A stretch of 44,176 nt of DNA from Octopus bimaculoides. Taxonomy: Eukaryota. Position 1 is the stretch's first letter; each line of letters opens with the position of its first letter. Both the position numbers and the translations under genes were made by a program. A model generated the notes under the pieces. It was not told the DNA's origin. It saw only the letters and a list, made by a program, of their open reading frames with translations, and did no database searches. Shown piece after piece: positions 35,768 to 44,176 of the stretch. The stretch lies in the NCBI RefSeq assembly GCF_001194135.2, contig NC_068995.1:38982366-39026541 (forward strand). The letters are read 5' to 3'.

Positions 35768-36088
35768 CATGTATGTATGTATGTATGTATGAATGTATGT
35801 ATGTATGTATGTGTTGATGAATGGATAAGTGGATGGATGAATGCATGTAGGTATGTATTTACGTGCGTATATATGAATGTATGTGTACATTTGTACTAAA
35901 GAAGTGGAACCAATTGAAAATATAATTTTTGCATTGACTGCATTACTATAACTTATACAAATAGACATCATTTCAAATAAGTATGTCTTTCTTTATCTCA
36001 GTTATACCGATAGGCAAAGTACGAATTGTAGTAGTTTGTTATATTTGATTGAATTCGAATATTCTGATACTGTGCAATGGTGCGAATT

Positions 36089-36124
<36 letters not shown>

Positions 36125-36279
36125 NNNNNNNNNNNNNNNNNNNNNNNNNNNNNNNNNNNNNNNNNNNNNNNNNNNNNNNNNNNNNNNNNNNNNNNNNNNN
36201 NNNNNNNNNNNNNNNNNNNNNNNNNNNNNNNNNNNNNNNNNNNNNNNNNNNNNNNNNNNNNNNTATATATATATATATA

Positions 36280-37180
36280 TGCATATCTATATTAGAAAAA
36301 ATAGTAACATATTCAGAGATCTGGATGGTTATACATTTACGGATTTTTATTTATTTGACGTACACTTTGCAATTTACAAAGATGATGCCCTACCTTTAAC
36401 CGCTAATACCAATGGACCAGCAGGGAATCGGTTTAGAAAGGATATCATTCATTTGATGTAAACCTTCGGTCTTAGTATAACTATAGGCACCAACCTGACG
36501 GTTGTCAATTACCTACATGTATCCCTAGATCTAAATAAGAATATTTATAAACCTTATAGGAAGCTCAACGATAGACTTCGTGATATCAATGTGGGTTCTT
36601 GCCATCTCCCATAGTGTTTAAAAATTTAGTTAAAACCATTAGTAAAAGAATGTGTAGCCTCTCCTCTGATAGGGACATTTTTAATAGCGTTGCCCCAGTA
36701 TATAATAAGGCTCTAAAAGATAGTGGTTTTAACGAGGAAATAACCAATACACCTGCAACCAGTCCAGTAATAAAGAAAAGAAAACATAGAAATAGGAAAA
36801 CTATCTGGTTCACCCCCNNNNNNNNNNACACACACACACACTACTCATCCGAAGTGACCTGACCTTTAATTTAGGCAATTACTTCTTGGCACTGATAGAT
36901 AGACACTTTCCAGTCAATCATAGTTATAGAAAGATCTTCAACAGACATAACTTAAAAATCAGTTTCAGCTCCACTGCTATTTAAAAAAAATATAATCGCA
37001 CACAAAACACAAAAACCACAAAATGAAACAAGCTGTTCATGTAGAGATAAAGATTTGTGCCCGCTAAATGGAGCTTGCATGTCCGAAATCATCATTTATG
37101 AGGCCACTGTGGACTCTATATCCACTAAGGAAACAGTTTCGAAGAAGAAATACGTGGGCCTTATAAATACATACATACGA
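36280..37180 (+). pseudogene. Penelope-like (Neptune-type) RT C-terminus + linker + start of GIY-YIG
   Basis: [125 protein letters not shown]. Confidence 0.92.
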
Positions 37181-39106
37181 CAAAGAAAGACAAGATGCCA
37201 TCAGTTTTCTTGGGTATGTTTGGCTTAACATACCTTATGTAAGAGAATTTCAGTGGATTGGATCTTTTGAACACATGCAATAATTTGCAGTCGGTCTTTC
37301 TTCTGCCATCTACACCCTAACCTCAGCTACTGTAGATTTGAACTTGCCACTTATCACTTCGTGGTAGAGAAATAGTGTACATGTCAATACTCCTTTTTTC
37401 CATTGTATACTCACTCTCTTTCTCCCACTTCCTCTCTTTCAGGCTCTCTTTTTTTTTCTCTGAAATCATGTGTGGTTTGCCCATGTTAGATAGGATTAGA
37501 CCTGTGATTATCGAAGGAGTCCTCCCTTCTGTAGCCAAACATACTGTATGATAGCACTATGGGAATAGCACACATGCTTACTCATAAAATCTAATTATGA
37601 TTTCGATTCAGTTATTCAGTTGGCATCCTCATTTTCGGTGTAGCCCTTAAACTTCGAAGCATGTGTAAAATGCTAGATAAAAATATGTACAAATGTAAAA
37701 TGTATTATATTAATTCCAAATTTTATGGCTTTATTCAAATAATGCTTTCTTGTTCGAATATATAGCTATATTTCAGTGAAAAAAAATATATTTATTCTGT
37801 TTCTAAAATAATTGATCATAGACTTTTATTTGTACTAATAATATGGAATTTGCAAGTATACATTTTCACACGAATTTCAATGTGGCTATTGGCAACTGAC
37901 CGACCGCTTTCATTAGTTAATCCTTAGAAAATGTTTGATAACATTTTATTACGGTAATTCTTTACTGAATGTGTTTACACAAGAAATATTTTCACTTGAG
38001 ATTTTGTATGTGTCGTTTTTAATTTAATTATACGAATAGAAACTTATGCATAAAAATAATAAGTAGAAATAAACTTTGAATGTATTAATTCTTCCTCATT
38101 GTCTTTTAAATTTTCTACGTTTTGGATTTAATAAAAATTTTAAGATTGACATATATCTAAAAAAAATGAGCGATAACGGGAAAAAGAAATGCATATGAAA
38201 AGAGAAAGAAATATTATCAATTGATTTCTCACAATAAGTTATCACTAATACAATCGCGCTCGAATGAATTGCAACATTGGTACACACAAATTTATTCACG
38301 ATTGCGTGCCTGAATGTATTAGCACACAAAGACGATGTCATGACAGAAACAGTGTCACGCATATAGAGTTAGCCCGGAGCTATCTTCCAAACCAAAGACA
38401 AAATGACACGAAATATCAATAATAAAGAATGACTATTGATGTGAGCAAAAATAATGGCAACATTACGTAGAATTCATGAAAGATAAATTACAAGAATAAA
38501 ACATATGCACAAAACAAATAATATAAAATGAAGACAAGAAACAAAACATACATTTGATTCCAAATAGACTTTCAGCTTCGAATTATTGTTTGGACATGCT
38601 TAATTTTTGTTATCGTTGCTGTGTAGCACAAATTCAGCATTGTGGAAGCTTATCTTTTATTAATACGCTTCAACCAAACACTTTGCATCTTATTTTCATA
38701 CAACATATACATATATTGCTAAATAACATTTACAAATATGGCTAAACATTCCACATAATTGCACTTAACATCATTTTATAGTTTCCGTCTAACTAACTAC
38801 TCTCAGTTTGTATGGGAGTATTTGACTCTACACAAAATATGTGTTTAAAATGCCACAGTAGTAGCTCGAAAGAAAGCTTCTTAACTATTTAGCAAAATAT
38901 TTACTGCGTGGCCTTATTCATTCATGACGTGTATCAAAGATTTGTATATGTCCTCTCATTAAAATAATTATATTTTTTCATGTATTGTGCTCTAGTTTTA
39001 CTGTTTACCTCAAACTATCTAGCTATCTACATTTCTCCCTCATTCCCATTCTCTCTCTATTTCTGTATGTCTGTCTGTCTGTCTTTCTCTCTCTGTTTAT
39101 GTATGT

Positions 39107-39642
39107 ATTAGTTTGTTCCTAAAATAATGTTCGCTCTATGTGTTGTGCTTTGAAACGCAATTTTATCATAGTGCTTTAATTATAATTTAGGTGAATTTTG
39201 GCATATGTGATAATTAATGTATGCTCTTGAATATTTTTCTACTTATTTCAGACAAAAAGCATTCTTGAAGTATAAGCGCTCTTAATTATGAACATAACAA
39301 GAAAGAATTTTCGCATACTTTTCTTGCATGAGTTCAAGCGTGGGCACAATGACTCCCAAACTGCTGCCAATATCAACAGAGCGTAGGGAGAGAGGTCCAT
39401 AAGTGAGTGCATAGTACGAAGGTAGTTTCAGAAATTCCGTAGTAGTCATGATAGCCTTGAAGAGGAAGAAGGTAGAGGACGGTCATGCAGTCTTGGCAAT
39501 GAATACTTGAAAGCGATTTTTGAAAAAAACAGATAAAAATGTCAGAGAAATGTCTCCAAGCACTTGGCGTCGGTATTGCAACGCTCTCACGCAATCTGCA
39601 GAAGATTGGTTAAGTGATAAAGCGCGATAATTGGGTACCGCA
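39107..39642 (+). mobile_element. mariner 5' fragment (TIR + HTH), truncated at WVP motif
   Basis: TIR-like tattagtttgttcctaaaataatg; ATG at 39288, MNITRKNFRILFLHEFKRGHN..TAANINRA*GE; FQKFRS..SLEEEEGRGR; KIG*VIKRDNWVPQ. Confidence 0.88.
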
Positions 39643-39806
39643 AATTTGTGTTCTACGCATGGGAATACATATGATTATACGAACAAATTTTTTCACCAAA
39701 ATCTCCAGACGCAAGAAATATTTTAGAAGTTGTGAGTGAAGCCAGTATAATTTTCTGTTTTTAAATTCGCGTAATCCTATGAATTCCTTTGCGTAGCACA
39801 CAAATT
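39643..39806. mobile_element. 164-bp MITE with 41-bp TIRs
   Basis: aatttgtgttctacgcatgggaatacatatgattatacgaa (39643-39683) versus reverse complement of 39766-39806, aatttgtgtgctacgcaaaggaattcataggattacgcgaa: 34/41 identical. Confidence 0.8.
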
Positions 39807-40729
39807 CGTAAAACTTTTCTGCAGATTCCCCACAAAGCAAGTTATGGGCGGTTTTATGGAATACTGATACCAAACTTTCGCCGAAATAAATATTTTCCTT
39901 GTGCTTCAAATTTCATGTTGCACAAACACAATCACGCGCGTACGCATACACACACATACCCACACACACATACACACGCACACAAACACATACACACACA
40001 CAAACACACAACTACTAAACACATACACAATCCATAAACTGCTGACAATATAGGAGAAAATATATAAATTCATCTTTAAGATCAATACCGATCTGAGACA
40101 AAAAATGCCACCGAAGCACATTGGATGATTTCTAATACTCTGTGAACTCCTGACCAACTAGTATTTTGTGATGTCTTCTGAAATCGCATGCAACCTAATC
40201 CAAAATAGAGAGAGCGTTACAATCCTTTACATGTGGCGTAATAGAGTAAATTGAAAATGTATAAATTTATATGTATAAGTGTGTGTTTCTCTATGTATAT
40301 ATATATATATATATTATTTTGTTTAAAAGAGTTCCAACTCTGTCTGTTTTTTATGTTTTATTTAAAGTCTGTCATACCGGCTATGATGAAATACCACAAG
40401 GTATAGAAAATACGTATTCGCCTTTATATATTTAATCCTTTATATTGAACACTCAATATTTCATATATTCAATAAGACATATTCCATATATTCAATAAGA
40501 CATTCAGTACTTTATTTCATTGTACCATCCATTTTTATATCATATATTGTATATTCCATATTCTNNNNNNNNNNNNNNNNNNNNNNNNNNNNNNNNNNNN
40601 NNNNNNNNNNNNNNNNNNNNNNNNNNNNNNNNNNNNNNNNNNNNNNNNNNNNNNNNNNNNNNNNNNNNNNNNNNNNNNNNNNNNNNNNNNNNNNNNNNNN
40701 NNNNNNNNNNNNNNNNNNNNNNNNNNNNN

Positions 40730-40778
<49 letters not shown>

Positions 40779-40826
40779 GAGAGAGAGAGACAGACAGACA
40801 GAGACAGAGACAGCGACAGAGTGTGG

Positions 40827-42036
40827 GTGAAGGTTGAATAAAATAATGGCAACACCTAGCATCATAGCATTATAATTTTTAAATATCTATAGATCCGTCA
40901 AAAGCTTGTTTATTTATTTTTTTTCATTTATTATTGGTGTTGTTTTATGTTTTATTTAAATTGTGTTTCTTTTCAGATATCATCAGAAAAGGGGAATTAA
41001 AATTCATGAAAATTACAGATCTATCTGACGTTCAAAGTCGTTAAATTGTTGCTGTTCGTATGGCAGGAGATAGCGTAACGAAAACAACCGAAATGTTTGG
41101 TGTATCAAGAAGAACTGTCTCGAAAGTATTGACAGCCTTTGAGAAAGAGGGAAAAATTTCGTCGAAACAAAACTCCGGAAGAAAACCAAAACTTTCAGAT
41201 AGGATTCAGAAAGGATCACAAATGTACTGTTCCCAAAATTACTGCAGAACTCAATGACCATCACGAGAATCCAGTTTCCACAAAAACTGTTCACTGGGAG
41301 CTACACAAATCTAGATTTCACAGGAGGCCTGCAATCAGAAAATCACTACTTTCAAACACAAACATTGCAAAGCGTTTAGAGTGGAGTAAAACCTACAGAA
41401 TATATCTCTAGAGCAGTGGAAGAATGTTATTTTCCCAGACGTATCATCCTTTACCTTATTCCCAACCACAGGCCGCGTATACATGCTGAGACAGCGAAAA
41501 GAAGCATTTGATCCAGACTGCCTTCCAAATATATCTTGGAAATTTGCCGGCCCAATGATTTTTATTCATGGCAGAATTAATAGTGAAGACTATTTAAGCG
41601 TTTTATCTGATCAAATTCATCCTATGGTTCTGCAACTATTCCCGGTGGGAAACGCAATCTTTCAGGATGATAATGCACCGTTTCACACAGCTAAATGATA
41701 ATGCACCATTTCACACAAGGCAAGGAACATTCTAGTGACGTTGAACATCTTATCTGGCCACCACAGTCACCACATTTTATTATTATTGAACATTTATGGT
41801 GCATTTTAAAAAAGCAATCAAAGATTCGGTATCCTCTACCATCGTCACTACAAAAACTGGAGACTGTTTTAGCTGAAGAATGGACAAAAATTCCTTTGGA
41901 AATAATTCAAACTTTTTACAAGTCAATAGCTCGTAGAATACAAGCTGTACTTACTGCCAAAGGCGGTCCAACCCCATATTAAAACAGATTTGTTTGAACT
42001 GTTAAGGTGTTTCTATTATTTTGCCCAACCCCAGTA
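40827..42036 (+). mobile_element. Full-length but decayed Tc1 (DD34E) element
   Basis: MKITDLSD..MAG.SVTKTTEMFGVSRRTVSKV..SGRKPKLSDR; TVHWELHK..AIRKSLLSNTNIAKRLEWSK; FQDDNAPFHT; WPPQSP..IIEHLW; KGGPTPY*. TIRs gtgaaggttgaataaaataatggcaacacc / ggtgtttctattattttgcccaaccccag. Confidence 0.93.
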
Positions 42037-42129
42037 TATATACATATACATATTACTCGATTACCGGAGGTAGAGTAATATGCTTTATTATTATTATTGT
42101 TGTTGTTCAGTAGTTTTATTTTTATAACG

Positions 42130-42134
42130 TGCTT

Positions 42135-42184
<50 letters not shown>
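42130..42184. repeat. (TTA)n microsatellite
   Basis: Directly visible. Confidence 0.95.
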
Positions 42185-42220
42185 GATTAAAGCTGCCAAA
42201 AAATATGAGAAAAACTGCTT

Positions 42221-43438
42221 TTAGGTTGATCCACATGAAGTGTCGCATATTTAGTTACTTGTTATTTTAGTCATAGAAAAACTCAATTATGTATACTTTG
42301 CATTTAACCTTGACTCTTTTTCTTTCCCAACAATATTGGTATACAAAATTCGTAGCCATAGATCTTATGAAAATGATAATGACCAAACTATGTTGAGTGA
42401 TTTTCTTGTAAATATAAAGTGGGACACTGTGCCAAAGAAGCTCTATGGAATATCAAGTGGGCTTTGGTAATGGTTATGTTGACATCAGAACTGCTCAGAA
42501 ATGGTTCTAAAGCTCTTGTTCAGGAGATGATAGCCTTGAAAATAAACCAAGGTGTAGGCAAAATCAGTTATTCGGGATGCTGGATTAAATGCCTTGGTTG
42601 AACAAAATCTGAGAACAAAGGTTGGAAAACTTTCATCAGCACTTCAAACAAGTCGCACAACTGTTTTTGGACACCTGTTAAAATTAAAAAATTCAAGAAA
42701 GCAGACACGTTTGTTCTACATCAACTGAACGTGATTTGAAAAAAAAAACCGCTTGAAGTGTACTCCTTATTGCTTTCTCGACAGGAAAAAGACCATTTTT
42801 GCATCAAATCATTACTTGTGATGAGAAATGGACACGCTTTGACAACAGCAGGAGAGCAGGACACTGATTAGATGCAGGAGTGTCAACTAAACACTACCCA
42901 AACCCACCATTGCACCTTAAAAAGTTAGCGGTCACTGTATGGTGGTCTGCGAAGGGAGTTATTCATTACTCATTTTTGTAACAAGGTAAAACAGTAACAA
43001 AAACATCGTATTGCCAGGAAATTTATTGTATGCATGGGAATTTGAAAAAGAAGCAACCTAATCTAGTGAATACAGATGGCCTAATTTTGCTCTGCGACAA
43101 TGCACGTCCTCACACTCCTCAAGCTACGGTCCAGAATTTGCAAATCCTGAATTATGAGGTTGTGCAACATCCTCACTATTCCCCTGATATCTATCCTGTT
43201 GGGCTTTTCATAAGCAATTAAACATTCTTAAGTAGAGAAGAGGTATTGAAGCATTCGGATATTTTATCGCAACAAAACAGGATTTTTTTTTTAAGGATGG
43301 AATATATGGCATGCTGAAACCTTGGGTAAACGTCATAAATGAACATGCATCATACTTTGATTAAATAAATCAGTTCACTAACACTTCTGAAACATATCTT
43401 TGTTACATTTCAAATACATTTCATGTGAAACAACCTAA
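42221..43438 (+). mobile_element. Full-length decayed mariner (DD34D) element, 1218 bp
   Basis: TIRs ttaggttgatccacatgaagtg / catttcatgtgaaacaacctaa; IITCDEKW, KLAVTVWWSAKGVIH, LLCDNARPH, HPHYSPDI. Confidence 0.93.
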
Positions 43439-43446
43439 CAGAGCTA

Positions 43447-43528
43447 CACGTTCCCGTCGTTAGACTGTTTAGATTGAGAAATTATTTTATACATTCTAAA
43501 TCTACGCTTTCCGACGAACGGGAACGTG
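43447..43528. other. 82-nt imperfect hairpin (35-bp stem, 13-nt loop)
   Basis: cacgttcccgtcgttagactgtttagattgagaa pairs with ttctaaatctacgctttccgacgaacgggaacgtg. Confidence 0.8.
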
Positions 43529-43624
43529 ACAATCTAAGTAGCACATTGCTGTGATATTTTTGTGATATTTCTGCAGCTTTAATAATAACAGTGTATATGC
43601 GTGTGAGTTTGTGTATGTGCATTT

Positions 43625-43870
43625 GTGTGTCTGTGTGTGTATTAGTGTGTCTGTGTGTGTATTAGTGTGTCTCTGTGTGTATTAGTGTGTCTGTGTTTGT
43701 CCCTCCAGCATCGCCTGGCTATCGACGTTGCTGCGTCCTTGTAACTTAACAGTTCGGCGAAAGAGACAGATGGAATAAGTATTAGGCTTGCAACAAATAA
43801 GTTCTGGGGTGAAGTTTATCCACTAGAAGTGGCGCTGCAGCACGACCGCAGTCAAATGTCTAAAGCGAGT
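43625..43870 (+). mobile_element. SINE 3' half with internal (TG)n tract, here a 20-bp triple repeat
   Basis: gtgtgtctgtgtgtgtatta x3, then gtttgtccctccagcatcgc..gtaacttaacagttcggcgaaagagac..aataagttctggggt..ccgcagtcaaatg; same family as 16125-16245. Confidence 0.8.
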
Positions 43871-44176
43871 ATATGTATATATACGTATGTCTATTTATAT
43901 ACATATGCATATATATTCATTATTTCCAATTATGTGTGTGTGTGTGTGTGCGTGTGTGTGCGTGCATGCGTACGTAAATATTTCGAAATGCGTCCTCATA
44001 CATTATATATTCTATAACTAGATTAATAATGATGTTAATCTTTTGCAATGCCTTCCGATATAACAACAAATTACGACTCTCATTACGCTGATATGAACGA
44101 CAACTAAATGGAAGAATTGGATTCAAGAATACATGAATATGTTATGCATACATACATACATACATATATATGTATA

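Noticed and set aside
38576-38626. Transmembrane-like peptide LRIIVWTCLIFVIVAV* after tttcag
   Set aside because: Short, poor pyrimidine tract, and explainable by T-rich composition; no other support.

Overview
AT-rich eukaryotic DNA with seven N-gaps and many microsatellites ((TA)n, (CA)n, (TAG)n, (GAA)n, (CT)n, (GATA)n, (TTA)n). The SINE families and repeat landscape look like those of a coleoid cephalopod (Octopus-like); that is pattern recognition from memory, not a database result. I found no intact host protein-coding gene, rRNA, tRNA or CRISPR array, so the window is most likely intergenic or part of a large intron. It is a dense transposon graveyard: at least seven Tc1/mariner-superfamily fossils (five mariner, one DD37D/maT-like, one Tc1), a near full-length PGBD3-like piggyBac pseudogene, four Penelope-like (RT/GIY-YIG) fragments, CR1-type LINE fragments, many tRNA-derived SINEs and a Helentron-type HINE. 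Several structures are absent from the ORF track: (i) a probable decayed two-gene PIF/Harbinger locus at 19.5-21.0 kb, with a Myb/SANT-like domain, an ENAF-x-IL transposase motif and a Harbinger-like MITE between them; (ii) a ~590-bp fold-back palindrome at 3.3-3.9 kb; (iii) a 404-bp element with piggyBac-like palindromic TIRs just upstream of the piggyBac fossil; (iv) an 82-nt pre-miRNA-sized hairpin at 43.45 kb; (v) five co-oriented SINE copies within 1 kb; (vi) an in-frame 216-bp duplication inside a CR1 endonuclease. All translations and alignments were done by eye, and TE boundaries are approximate unless TIRs are quoted.
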